From positions 20,708,001 through 20,772,000 of the forward strand of contig CM069132.1 of NCBI GenBank assembly GCA_035221665.1: a DNA stretch of 64,000 bases, given 5' to 3'. Both the position numbers and the translations under genes were made by a program. The stretch comes from Okamejei kenojei. Its lineage: Eukaryota. The notes under the pieces were generated by a model. That model was given only the letters and a program-made list of their open reading frames with translations, did no database searches and was not told the origin of the DNA. This document shows, in pieces, positions 49,960 through 62,823 of this stretch (the first letter of the stretch is position 1; every line of letters starts with the position of its first letter).

Positions 49960-50335
49960 ACACCTTACGCCTCCTCCCTCAACTTCATCCAGGGACCCCG
50001 ATAGTCCTTTCAGATGAGGCAGAGGTTTACCTGCACCCCGTACAACCTCATCTACTGTATCTGGTGCTCCTGGTGTGGGCTCCTATATATCGGCGAGACC
50101 AAGACCGATCGTTTCACTGAACACTTAGGTACAGTCTGCCATGACCTACATGTTCTCCCAGTTGCCAAATATTTTAACTCCCCTTCCCACTGACCTTTCT
50201 GTCCTGGGCCTCCTCCACAATCAGAGTGAGGCCAAATGCTAATTGGAGGAACAGCACCTTATGTTTCGCTTGGGCAGTTTACAACCCAGCGTTACGATTA
50301 TAGATTTCTCTCATTTCAAGTAACTCCTGCATTTC
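49960..50335 (+). mobile_element. Penelope-like element, GIY-YIG region (continues at 52812)
   Basis: QGP..SFQMRQRFTC..NLIYCIWCSWCGLLYIGETK..EHL..EEQHLMFRLGSLQP. Confidence 0.85.
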
Positions 50336-52809
50336 ATAGAAACATAGAAACATAGAAAATAGGTGCAGGAGTAGGCCATTCGGCACTTCGAGCCTGCACC
50401 GCCATTCAATATGATCATGGCTGATCATCCAACTCAGTATCCTGTACCTGCCTTCTCTCCATACCCCCTGATTCCTTTAGCCACAAGGGCCACATCTAAC
50501 TTCCTCTTAAATATAGCCAATGAACTGGCCTCAACTACCTTCTGTGGCAGATAATTCCGGAGACTCACCACTCTCTGTGTGAAAAATGTTTTCCTCATCT
50601 CGGTCCTAAAGGACTTCCCCCTTATCCTTAGACTGTGACCCCTTGTTCTGGATCTCCCCAACATCGGGAACAATCTTCCTGCATCTAGCCTATCCGATCC
50701 ATTAAGAATTTTGTAAGTTTCTATAAGATTCCCCCTCAGTCTTCTAAATTCTAGCGAGTACAAGCCAAATCTATCCAGTCTTTCCTCATATGAAAGTCCT
50801 GACATCCCAGGAATCAGTCTGGTGAACCTTCTCTGTACCCCCTCTATGGCAAGAATGTATTTTCTCAGATTTGGAGACCAAAACTGTACGCAATACTCCA
50901 GGTGTTGTCTCACCAAAACCCTGTACAACTGCAGTAGAACCTCCCTGCTCCTATACTCAAATCCTTTCACTATGAATGCAAACATACCATTTGCTTTCTT
51001 CACTGCCTGCTGCACGTGCATGCCTACTTTCAATGATTGGTGTACCATGACACCCAGGTCTCGTTGCATCTCTCCTTTTCATAATTTGCCACCATTAAGA
51101 TAAAAGTCTACCCTCCTGTTTTTGCCACCAAAGTGGATAACCTCACATTTATCCACATTATACTGCATCTGCCATGCATTTGCCCACTCACCCAGCCTAT
51201 CCAAGTCATCTTGCAGCCTCCTAGCATCCTCCTCACACCTAACACTATCCCCCAGCTTAGTGTCATCCTCAAACTTGGAGATGTTGCATTCATTTCCCTC
51301 GTCCAAGTCATTAATATATATTGTAAATAGCTGGGGTCCCAGCACTGAGCCTTGCGGTACCCCACTAGTCACTGCCTGCCATTCTGAAAAGGACCCGTTT
51401 ACTCCTACCCTTTGCTTCCTGTCTGCCAGCCAGTTCTCCATCCACATCAATACTGAACCCCCAATACCGTGTGCTTTAAGTTTGTATACTGATCTCTTAT
51501 GTGGGACCTTGTCGAAGGCCTTCTGAAAGTCTAGATATAACACATCCACTGGTTCTCCCTTATCCACTCTGCTAGTTACATCCTCGAAAAATTCTATAAG
51601 ATTCGTCAGACATGATTTACCTTTCGTACCTTTCGTAAATCCATGCTGACTTTGTCTAATGATTTCACCACTTTCCAAATGTACTGCTATCCCATCTTTA
51701 ATAACTGACTCTAGCAGTTTCCCCACTACCGATGTTAGACTAACTGGTCTGTAATTCCCCGTTTTCCCTCTCCCTCCTTTTTTAAAAAGTGGGGTTACAT
51801 TAGCTACTCTCTAATCCTCAGGAACTACTCCAGAATCTAAGGAGTTTTGAAAAATTATCACTAATGCATCCACTATTTCTGTGGCTACCTCCTTGAGTAC
51901 TCTGGGATGCAGTCTATCTGGCCCTGGGGATTTATCGGCCTTTAATCCATTCAATTTACCCAACACCGCTTCTCGGCTAACCTGGATTTCACTCAGTTCC
52001 TCCACCTTATTTGACCCCCGGACCCCTGCTATTTCCGGCAGATTATTTATGTCTTCCTTAGTGAAGACAAAACCAAAGTAGTTATTCAATTGGTCTGCCA
52101 TGTCCTTGCTCCCCATGATCAATTCACCTGTTTCTGACTGCAAGGGACCTACATTTGTTTTTACTAACCTTTTTCTCTTCATATATCTATAAAAACGTTT
52201 GCAGTCAGTTTTTATGTTCCCTGCCAGTTTTCTTTCATAATCTATTTTCCCTTTCCTAATTAAACCCTTTGTCCTCCTCTGTTGAACTCTGAATTTCTCC
52301 CAGTCCTCTGGTAGGCTGCTTTTTCTGGCTAATTTCTATGCTTCATCTTTTGTTTTTATACTATCCCTGATTTCCCTTGTTATCCATGGATGCACTACCT
52401 GCCCCGATTTATTCTTTTGCCAAACTGGGATGAACAATTGTTGTAGTTCATCCATGCAGTCTTTAAATACCTTCCATTGTACATCCACTGTCAACCCTTT
52501 AAGAATCACTTGCCAGTCTATCTTGGCCAATTCACTTCTCATACCTTCAAAGTTACCTTTGTTTAAGTTCAGAACCCTTGTTTCTGACTTAATTTTGTCA
52601 CTCTCCATCCTAATGAAGAACTCAACCATATTATGGTCACTCTTGCCCAAGGGGCCCCGCACAACAAGGCTGCTAACTAACCCTTCCTCATTACTCAATA
52701 CCCAGTCTAGAATAGCCTGCTCTCTCATTGGTTCTACATGTTGGTTTAGAAAACTATCCCACATACATTCCAAGAAATCCTCTTCCCCTGCCCATTTGAT
52801 TCACCCAAT
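50336..52809 (-). mobile_element. 5'-truncated CR1 LINE, ORF2 disrupted
   Basis: ORFs 50434-52773 are near-identical to the other CR1 copies; (catagaaa)n tail; atttc at both junctions (50331-50335, 52808-52812). Confidence 0.95.
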
Positions 52810-52811
52810 TT

Positions 52812-53150
52812 CCTACCACCCTCTCCCCCCCTCCCCCTCCCTAGTTGTCCTGCCAATGCCACTGTTCGCATCCTTGTATCTCTCTCGTTAGCACCTCTTC
52901 CCCAGTTAACAATAGGCCATTATGGTCTCCACCCTTCCTGAGGTCATCTGTTGCCAGCTCTGATTTGTTCTGGCTTTTTCTCACCTCGTTTTTTTTCCCC
53001 CACCCCACCACCTCTACCTTTCAGTCTGAAGAAGGATTCCGACCCGAAACATCACCTATTCTCCAGAGATGCTGTCTGACCCGCTGAGTTACTCCAGCAT
53101 TTTGTTTCTACCTTCGGAATAAACCCGCATCTGCAGTTCCTTCCCACACA
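52812..53150 (+). mobile_element. Penelope 3' pLTR (continuation of 49960-50335)
   Basis: cagtctgaagaaggattccgacccgaaacatcacc..gcatctgcagttccttcccacac. Confidence 0.85.
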
Positions 53151-54002
53151 CTTCTCGTATTTTTTATCCCAATACTGCCACAAAGAAGTAGGTACTTAAA
53201 GAGACCTAGCACTTCTGGAGTTAAACTTTGCTCTGTCATCAGAGTTATTGAAATCTCTACTGGAGAGTGAGCATTGTATGCCCTCTATTGGGACAAATAT
53301 CTTGCATTTTTTTTTGCCTGTTCAGGAAGGTGACAGTTTTAATGCTCCTCTCTGGATTAACACGGATGGCATTATAATAGTGATTTTTGACAGTTTTGTC
53401 AGTATTTCATTACGCTCACGAGCCTGATTTATATAATTATATAATGTCGCTTGATGTTCAAACATTTGGTATAATTTCAGTCAAATAATGAATCCGTTTT
53501 TGCTTCAGCGTCTCGGTTTATTTTATTTTGATATCTGTACCATGGGGCATTTAAATTTTAATTACATATTTTTAACGTTTTAAATAATGGAGAAGTATTA
53601 ATGGTCTGCAGAACTCCATGATAATGAGATCTGTATTATATATATATATATATTTGCCTAGTTTCAAACAGTTATTATAAGGTAGAATAAATGGCTGGGG
53701 ATACTCTTCTAAGTGTTTGGTCTGGCCCAATTGTAATGAATCTTTGCGACACAATCTCCATGTTTACAGTTATATTTCACATCCTAAATTTCAACAGCTC
53801 TAGCCTCTGAGCAAGTAGATGGTGGCAGAGGTCACAGCCCCCTCTCAACCAAAGCGGACTGATAAATAGGAAGCGGACGGGGAAAACGCTGGAAGTTGGA
53901 GGGACAGGCCTGGGGAGGGGGTGGTGGGGGGGGGGGGGGGTAGGTCTATAGAGAAAGAAAGGTCACCAATCAGGCTACGATCCCCTACCAATGACTGAAA
54001 AA

Positions 54003-54134
54003 CCCCTATATCTCTCGTTTCCCTTATCCATTACCAGTCTGAAGAAGGGTCTCGACCCGAAACGTCACCCATTCCTTCTCTCCAGAGATGCTGCCTTATC
54101 TGCTGAGTTACTCCAGCTTTTTGTGTCTATCTTC
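54003..54134 (+). mobile_element. Miniature Penelope-derived element with 9-bp TSD
   Basis: actgaaaaa at 53994-54002 and 54135-54143. Confidence 0.8.
54035..54069 (+). ncRNA. Minimal hammerhead ribozyme motif, intact core
   Basis: cagtCTGAAGAaGGGTctcgACCCGAAACGTCacc. Confidence 0.65.
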
Positions 54135-54789
54135 ACTGAAAAATACAACATTTGCAAATGGCAGGACTGAAACAGGAATTCGGCTTGGCAGGCAAAACAA
54201 AGCAGGAAGAGATTGAATGAATGCTCAGTAACATATTGTACATTATTTTCCCTCTGAAGCTTAAAGATAGCATACAGGTCATGGAGTTCATTAAACATTC
54301 TGTGATGCATCTGTGAGTAAAAGCGGATGGTAACTCTTATTTTACCCGTTGCATAATAATTGGCATTAACTGTCTGCTCTCTTCATAGTGGCACCTGGGA
54401 GTATGCGGTTGGCACATTCTGATTTAATGTTGAGGATTGTTATAATGAAGCAAGGAGTACAAGAGATGGTATTTGAACTCATCTGCATTTCAGATCAGAC
54501 AGCACACACAAAATCAACCATCCATAATTCATTATATGCTTCCTACCGGGTCTAGACACCGCAGCGATCCTAGCAACAGAGTCATGGCAACGGGAATTTA
54601 TTTGGCCCAATCAAGGCATCCAGCCGTCACCCAATCACAGGAGATGAACGAGTCAGGAGGACACAACGACTGGTTAAGTTAAGTTAACACCTGATCTGCT
54701 CGCACTGATCGTGGTTTAAGTTTGAATGAAAGGCAAATTCTCAAGTAAACTGAAATGTAGAGTAACAGCAGTAATATGAATGCCTGGAG

Positions 54790-55088
54790 CCTTTAGAGAC
54801 TTTGGAGAGATACAGCACGGAGACAAGCCCTTCGGCCCACCCAGCCCGCGCCCACCAGCGATCACCCCGTACACTAGCACTATCCTACACACTGGGGACA
54901 ATTTACAATTTTGCCGAAGATGAATTAACCTGCAAACCTGCACGTCTTTGGAGTGTGGGAGAAAACCGGAGCACCGGCAGAAAATCCACATGGTCACAGG
55001 GTAAACGTGCAAACCCATGTTCAGGATCAAACCCGGGTCTCTGGCGCTGTAAGGCAGCACGTCTAACGCTGCGTCGCCATGCCGCCCT
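54790..55088 (-). mobile_element. V-SINE
   Basis: Tail, V domain, head. Confidence 0.85.
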
Positions 55089-55389
55089 AAAGCAAACCTA
55101 TTTTAAATCCTCTTTTGGTGTGAATATGTCTCATTCATGGCTTTATAAGCAAACCCCAAATTGGAAGAGGAAATCTATGGTCCTCCAAATGAGTCAATGT
55201 ATCAGGACCCCTGGTAATGAAAGTCAAAGGTCAAACAGTGCTGAAACAAGCCCTTTAGCCCACCATTCCATGCTATCCCTCGTATCCATCCGTGCCAACC
55301 CTTTGCACCAGCACCTGGTCTGTAGCCTCCATGCACTAACAAAGTGCCCAACCAGATATTTATTTATTATGTTTCAGAGGGAAGAAAGA

Positions 55390-55483
55390 AGTCTGAAGAA
55401 GGGGGTTTGACCCGAAACGTCACCTATACCTTTTCTCCAGAGATGCTGCCTTACCCACTGAGTTACTCCAGCATTTTATGTGT
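55390..55483 (+). mobile_element. Miniature Penelope-derived element
   Basis: gtctgaagaagggggtttgacccgaaacgtcacc..gagttactccagcatttt. Confidence 0.8.
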
Positions 55484-56074
55484 AACTTTTTAAGTGTTGT
55501 CACAGTACATGTTTCAAACAACCCCTCAGTCAGTTAGTTTCAGATTGAAATCATTCACGAGGTGAAAATAATTTTCCTCAGATCCTCCTTGACCTGCTTA
55601 TTCCTCACCTTATTCCAAGGCTTCGTAGTTTTAGATGTCACCACTACAAGGAAATATTTCTCACCATCCATCCAATCTATGGCCCTCACTTCTGACTGAA
55701 TGTCCCAGCACACTTTCTCCAACCATCACTAAGAAACAGGACTAGGTGTTCATCCTCATTCATTGAGAGGGATGGAGGGAAAACAGAGAAGTGGAAGAGG
55801 GAAGAATGTGAGGCAGGAGAGAAAGAAGGAGTCAGAACACAAGATGGGTAAGTGGAGGAAGGGCAACTACAATAACAAGAACATAATGATCATCTAGACA
55901 CATTGGGCTGAAGGGTCTGTTTCCAAGGTGTAGAACACGGCAGTCCCATGACACTAGAACAACCTGTTCCTTATTTTGAAATACGATGTTGGCAACATAA
56001 CTTTGAACTCTACTGTACATCTACCACCACTCTCACAAGCTTGCTGTGAGGATATCTATGTAGTATACCACCAG

Positions 56075-56822
56075 GGGCGCGTACGATTGGCAGCCCCGCC
56101 AACATTCTGTTTGTTTTTTCGTCTTTTTTTTAATTTTTAGTGTGTGTTAAAGTTTGTGTAAATGTTCTCTGGTTTGTTTTATGTGGGGGAGGCGGAGGTT
56201 TTTTTTTCAGTTTCTTACCTTGCCAGAGATGCGATTAATTTTCGGATCGCAATCTCCGGTCGTTCTGCGGCCTAACATCGAAGGAGCTGGAAGCCTCCTC
56301 AGACTGACCTTCGGCCCCACTGTGGGGCGTGGACTTTCATCGGAGTCGAGCCCTTGCCTGGGATCGCTCCAACCGCGGCCTGCGTCTTTACATCGGGAGC
56401 TGGCAGTCTCGGGAGAGGCCGTGGATGTTGGGAGCTCCAATGTCGCGGAAGGTTCAACCAGACCCGACGTGGGGTTCGATTGTCCGGCGCGGGGGAGCTA
56501 GCATACCCCCCGGAGCGGGAGCAGATCGCCTCGACGCGGAGGGCCCGCCACCGGCTACGGAAGTCAAGATCATCCCCTCAATGGTAGACTCGAGGCCCCC
56601 GACTGCGGGAGATCAAAGGGAAGAGATTAAACTTTTTTTTTGCCTTCCATCACAGAGAGGAACGTGGAGGAGTCACTGTGATGGATGTTTATGTTAAAAT
56701 ATGTTTTGTGTGTTCCGTTGCTTTTTATTTGTACGACTGACGGCAAATTAAATTCCTTGTATGTTCCAAAAACATATTTGGCTAATAAAGTATTATTGTG
56801 ATCGTGATTGATTGTGATTGTA
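56075..56822 (+). mobile_element. CpG-rich non-coding retroelement with hairpin and Rex-type 3' end
   Basis: ggcaaattaaattccttgtatgtt..ggctaataaa then a (gattgt)n tail; 3' 200 bp homologous to 58200-58410 (-). Confidence 0.6.
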
Positions 56823-57007
56823 ATTTCCTTGTTGATCTCCATCGATGTGATTGTGAGCCTTGGTGGGGACAGTGCACTTTAGGGTTCTGTGCCTATCTAA
56901 TTCAGGTTGTGCAGGATCCAGCATCTCACCATGCACTGACTCGGCAGATGACAAAAGTGTTGAATGAGAACCGCCGTTTGTAAAATGGCTTCAACATAGC
57001 AACACAA

Positions 57008-57318
57008 ACGGCATGGTGGTGCAGAGGTAGCGTTTTGGCCTCACAACACTTCCTGCATGTGGTCCCGGGTTCTTTCCCGACTTTTGATGCTGTCTGTACG
57101 GAATTTTTACGTTCTCCCCGTGACCGCGTGGGGTTTCTCCGAGAACTTTGGTTTCCTCCCACACTCCAAAGACGTACAGGTTTCTGGGTTAATTGGCTTG
57201 GTTTAAGTGTAAATTGTCCCTAATGTGTGTAGGATGTGCGGGGATCGCTGGTCGATGTGGGCACAGTCGGCCGAAGGGCTTGTTTCCACGTTGTATCTCT
57301 AAACTAAACTAAACTAAA
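57008..57318 (+). mobile_element. V-SINE
   Basis: Head, V domain, (ctaaa)n tail. Confidence 0.85.
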
Positions 57319-58199
57319 AGCTAAACAGATGTACCTTCAGATGTATATTATGAAACAAAAGAGTTGACGTTGAGAGATATTGGGAAAGAGTAGAGGTGAT
57401 TAATGCTTCACCACAATGATAGATGTGAAGATGTTAAAGGATGGAGAAGTAGAGCTTTGTGGAGGAAATTCAAGAGTTTAGGGTCCAAGAAGCTGTGGAC
57501 ATGGCTCTCAATTAAATAATAATGTTGTGCACTAATTTATAGGACTTCCTTTATACCCATTTATGTCAAATGATTATTACGTTAAATTTCATCATGATTT
57601 GGATGTTTTGTTTCAACAATATTTTGTTTGATAAATTCAGAACATTCAGATGTAATGCGAACATTCATTACAATTCAGTAAAAGCCTCTTTTCACGGGTT
57701 AAATGGGAAGACATACATGCCACAGGACTGATATGATAAATCAGCAGACCGATTAACATCTTCCAAAGTATCACCAAAGGAATCATTCACAAGCTCTCAA
57801 GAGCCCAATGTTACAACAGAAAGGATGCCCATAGGATTTTTACACATCATCAAGTCTTCGCTAACAACCCAGATCAATATTGAGCACAAAGTGCAGAGAA
57901 AACATTTTTGTGATTGTCTCCAAAAAAATCAAAGAAAATCCAAAATGTGTAATGGAATGTCTTCATTCTTTATACGGTGACAATCTTTATTCACGTTTTA
58001 GGATGTGGGCATCAATAATATTACATAACTGGTGGAGTTACTGCCTCTCAGCATCAGAGTGCCGGGTTCGAACCTGACCTTGGATGCTGACTGTGTGGGG
58101 TTTGCACGTTCTCCCTGTGACCGCATGGGTTTTCTCCAAGTGCTCGCACATCCCAAAGATATGTGATGGATAAAAAAAGATTAATCCCTGTGGCATACC

Positions 58200-58410
58200 A
58201 CTGACAATTACAATCAATTACAATCACAATCACTATAATACATTATTAGCCAAGTGTGTTTTGCAACATACAAGGAATTTCATTTGCCAAGTCAGCCATA
58301 CATATAAAAAGCAACGGAACACACGAAATACATTTTAACATAAACATCCACCACAGTGACTGCTCCACATTCCTCGCTGTGATGGAAGGCGAAATAAAGT
58401 TCAAGTCTCT
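58200..58410 (-). mobile_element. 3' fragment of the 56075 element family
   Basis: (acaatc)n tail, cattattagccaag..caaggaatttcatttgcc, hairpin. Confidence 0.65.
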
Positions 58411-58461
58411 TCCCTTTTACCATGCTCTGATACTCCAAAAAACAACCCTTCACTCCACCCG

Positions 58462-58577
58462 TTTCCCTGATCCCTGACCAGTCTGAAGGAGGGTCTCGAC
58501 CTGAAACGTCGCCTATCTCCTTCGCTCCTTAGATGCTGCTGCACCCGCTGAGTTTCTCCAGCTTTTTGTGTAACCCC
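58462..58577 (+). mobile_element. Miniature Penelope-derived element with 16-bp TSD
   Basis: cccttcactccacccg at 58446-58461 and 58578-58593. Confidence 0.8.
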
Positions 58578-58633
58578 CCCTTCACTCCACCCGCTGCTTC
58601 CTAAACCCAAGCCAATAATGTATCTAATTTATT

Positions 58634-59147
58634 GACACAAAAAGCTGGGGTAACTCAGCGGGTCGGGCAGCATCTCTGCAGAAAAGGAGTTGGCGCCATT
58701 TTGGGTCAAAACCTTTCTTCAGACAGAGTCAGTGGGGAGAGTAACAAGCGGTATGAAAAGTTTCAGAACAAATCAGAGCTGGCAGCGATAACCAAGGAAA
58801 AGCGGAGCCCACAATGATCCATTGTTGGCTGTAGAAGAAGTGACAACAAAGGGATATGTGAAAGCGAATAGTGAAACTAGCAGGACGGCTAGGGTGGGGG
58901 AGGGGCCGAGTGAGAGGGAGTGCACTTGAAATTATAGATATCAATATCAATACCACTGGGTATAGCTGCCCAAGCAAAATACGAGGTGCTGTTCCTTCAC
59001 TTTGCATGTGGCCTCACTCTGACAGTGGAGGACTGTTCCAAAACATCGATTCCTTCTCTCCAGAGAAGCAGCCTGACCCGCTGTGTTACTCCACCATTTT
59101 GTGACTTATCTTCGATACAAACCAGCATCTGCAGTTCCTTCCCACAA
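58634..59147. mobile_element. Penelope fragment with inverted arrangement
   Basis: Minus-strand pLTR and ORF end (58634-59035) fused to a plus-strand pLTR end (59036-59147). Confidence 0.75.
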
Positions 59148-59276
59148 ATTGTATCCAATTTGACAGCTCACCATGGATATCCTCTGGACCAGCCTAACAT
59201 GTGAAAGACCTTGATAAAGTCTAAGTGTACAACATCTACTGCCCTGCCCTAGTTGATCCTCTTGGTCACCTCGTCA

Positions 59277-59670
59277 CTGAACGGCTGCAGAACATTCTGG
59301 AGGGGGAGGGTGAACAGCCAGTTGTCGTGGTGCATGTTGGCACCAACGATATAGGTAAAAAAAGGGATGAGGTCCTACAAGGTGAATTTAGGGAGCTAGG
59401 AGATAAACTTAAAAGTAGGACCTCAAAGGTAGTAATCTCCGGATTACTACCAGTACCACGGGCCAGTCAGAGTAGAAATAGGAGGATAATGCAAATGAAT
59501 ACGTGGCTTGAAAAGTGGTGCAAGGGGGAGGGATTCAAATTTTTAGGGCACTGGGACCAGTTCTGGGGGAGGTGGGACCGGTACAAACAGGACGGTTTGC
59601 ACTTGGAATGGAATGGAACCAATGTTCTTGGGGAGTGTTTGCTAGTGCTGTCGGGGAGGATTTAAACTAA
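59277..59670 (+). pseudogene. CR1 ORF1 C-terminal SGNH esterase domain (5'-truncated)
   Basis: VVVVHVGTNDI (GxND block) and KQDGLHL (DxxH block). Confidence 0.85.
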
Positions 59671-62650
59671 TGTGGCAGGGGGATGGGTACAAGAGCAGAG
59701 AGGCAGGAGGGTGTAAAATGAGGGTAGAAGCATTAGGTAGCAAGGTGAAAGGTAAAAGTGGCAGGCAGACAAAACCAGGGCAAAAATCAAAAAGGGCCAC
59801 TTTTCAGCAAAATTGTATAAGGGGTAAATGCGTTGTAAAGACAAGCCTGAAGGCTTTGTGTCTCAATGCAAGGAGTATTCGTAATAAGGTGGACGAGTTG
59901 AACGTGCAGATAGATATTAATGATTATGATATAGTTGGGATCACGGAGACATGGCTCCAGGGTGACGTAGGCTGGGAGCTGAACATCCAGGGATATTCAA
60001 TATTCAGAAGGGATAGAGAGAAAGGAAAAGGAGGTGGGGTAGCGTTGCTGGTTAGAGAGGAGATTAAAGCAATGGAAAGGAAGGACATTAGCTTGGAGGA
60101 TGTGGAATCGGTATGGGTAGAGCTACAAAACACTAAGGGGCAGAAAACGCTGGTGGGTGTTGTGTACAGGCCACCTAACAGTAGCAGAGAAGTTGGGGAT
60201 GGTATCAAACAGGAAATTAGAAATGCGTGCGACAAAGGCAAAACAGTTATAATGGGTGACTTCAATCTACATATAGATTGGGTTAATCAAATTGGCAGGG
60301 GTGCTGAGGAAGAGGATTTTTTGGAATGTATGCGGGATAGTTATCTAAATCAACATGTAGAGGAACCAACGAGAGAGCAGGCTATTTTAGACTGGGTTTT
60401 GAGTAATGAGGAAGGGGTAATTAGCCGTCTTGTTGTACGTGCCCCCTTGGGCAAGAGTGACCATAATATGGTTGAGTTCTTCATTAGGATGGAGAGTGAC
60501 ATTGTTAATTCAGAAACAATGGTTCTGAACTTAAAGAAAGGTAACTTTGAGGGTATGAGACGTGAATTGGCCAAGATTGACTGGCAATTAATTCTAAAAG
60601 GGTTGACGGTGGATATACAATGGAAGACATTTAAAGATTGCATGGATGAACTACAAAAAATTGTTCATCCCAGTTTGGCAAAAGAATAAATCGGGGAAGG
60701 TAGTGCATCCGTGGATAACAAGGGAAATCAGGGATAGTATCAAAGCAAAGGATGATGCGTACAAAGTAGCCAGAAAAAGCAGCATACCAGAGGACTGGGA
60801 GAAATTCAGAGACCAGCAGAGGAGGACAAAGGGCTTAATTAGGAAAGGAAAAATAGATTATGAAAGAAAACTGGCAGGGAACATAAAAACTGACTGCAAA
60901 AGTTTTTATAGATATGTGAAGAGAAAGAGGTTAGTTAAAACAAATGTAGGTCCCTTGCAGTCAGAAACAGGTGAGTTGATCATGGGGAACAAGGATATGG
61001 CGGACCAATTGAATAACTACTTTGGTTCCGTCTTCACTAAGGAAGACATAAATAATCTGCCTGAAATAGCAGGGGACTGTGGGTCAAAGGAGGAATTGAG
61101 TGAAATCCAGGTCAGTCGGGAAGTGGTGTTGGGTAAATTGAATAGATTAAAGGCCGATAAATCCCCAGGGCCAGATAGGCTGCATCCCAGAGTACTTAAG
61201 GAAGTAGCTCAGGAAATAGTGGATGCATTAGTGATAATCTTTCAAAACTCTTTAGATTCTGGAGTAGTTCCTGAGGATTGGCGGGTAGCAAATGTAACCC
61301 CTCTTTTTAAGAAGGGAGGGAGAGAGAAAACGGGGAATTACAGACCAGTTAGTCTAACATCGGTAGTGGGGAAACTGCTAGAGTCAGTTATTAAAGATGG
61401 GATAGCAGCACATTTGGAAAGTGGTGAAATCATTGGACAAAGTCAGCATGGATTTACAAAAGGTAAATCATGTCTGACGAATCTTGTGGAATTTTTCGAG
61501 GATGTAACTAGTAGCGTGGATAAGGGAGAACCAGTGGATGTGGTATATCTGGACTTCCAGAAGGCTTTCGACAAGGTCCCACATAAGAGATTAGTATACA
61601 AACTTAAAGCATACGGTATTAGGGGTTCAGTATTGATGTGGATAGAGAACTGGCTGGCAAACAGGAAGCAAAGAGTAGGAGTAAACGGGTCCTTTTCACA
61701 ATGGCAGGCAGTAACTAGTGGGGTACCGCAGGGCTCAGTGCTGGGGACCCCAGCTATTTACAATATATATTAATGATCTGGATGAGGGAATTGAAGGCAA
61801 TATCTCCAAGTTTGCGGATGACACTAAGCTGGGGGGCAGTGTTCGCTGTGAGGAGGATGCTAGGAGACTGCAAGGTGACTTGGATAGGCTGGGTGAGTGG
61901 GCAAATGTTTGGCAGATGCAGTATAATGTGGATAAATGTGAGGTTATCCACTTTGGTGGCAAAAACAGGAAAGCAGAATATTATTTAAATGGTGGCCGAT
62001 TAGGAAAAGGGGAGATGCAGCGAGACCTGGGTGTCATGGTACACCAGTCATTGAAAGTAGGCATGCAGGTGCAGCAGGCAGTGAAAAAAGCGAATGGTAT
62101 GTTAGCTTTCATAGCAAAAGGATTTGAGTACAGGAGCAGGGAGGTTCTACTTCAGTTGTACAGGGTCTTGGTGAGACCACACCTGGAGTATTGCGTGCAG
62201 TTTTGGTCTCCAAATCTGAGGAAGGACATTATTGCCATAGAGGGAGTGCAGAGAAGGTTCACCAGACTGATTCCTGGGATGTCAGGACTGTCTTATGAAG
62301 AAAGACTGGATAGACTTGGTTTATACTCTCTGGAATTTAGGAGATTAAGAGGGGATCTTATAGAAACTTACAAAATTCTTAAGGGGTTGGACAGGCTAGA
62401 TGCAGGAAGATTGTTCCCGATGTTGGGGAAGTCCAGGACAAGGGGTCACAGCTTAAGGATAAGGGGGAAATCCTTTAAGACCGAGATGAGAAAGACTTTC
62501 TTCACACAGAGAGTGGTGAGTCTCTGGAACTCTCTGCCACAGAGGGTAGTTGAGGCCAGTTCATTGGCTATATTTAAGAGTGAGTTGGATGTGGCCCTTG
62601 TGGCTAAGGGGATCAGAGGGTATGGAGAGAAGGCAGGTACGGGATACTGA
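59670..62650 (+). pseudogene. CR1 ORF2 (APE endonuclease + reverse transcriptase), two +1 frameshifts
   Basis: NARS, ITETWL, GGGV, YRPP, GDFN, SDH; RT with KFADDTK; ORFs 59670-60689, 60646-61773 and 61718-62650 join into ~992 aa. Confidence 0.95.
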
Positions 62651-62823
62651 GTTGGATGATCAGCCATGATCATATTGAATGGCGGTGCAGGCTCGAAGGG
62701 CTGAATGGCCTACTCCTGCACCTAATTTCTATGTTTCTATGTTTCTATGTCACCTCGTCAAAAAACTCAATCAAATTTGGGAGACAGAATCGCCCGGGAA
62801 TTAAGCCATAGTAGCTATCCCTA

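Larger units (their letters stand above)
59277..62748 (+). mobile_element. Young CR1 LINE: ORF1 3' part, complete ORF2, 12-bp TSD
   Basis: gtcacctcgtca at 59265-59276 and 62749-62760; (tttctatg)3 tail; inserted in an older antisense CR1 RT remnant (~59150-59276, 62749-62824). Confidence 0.97.
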
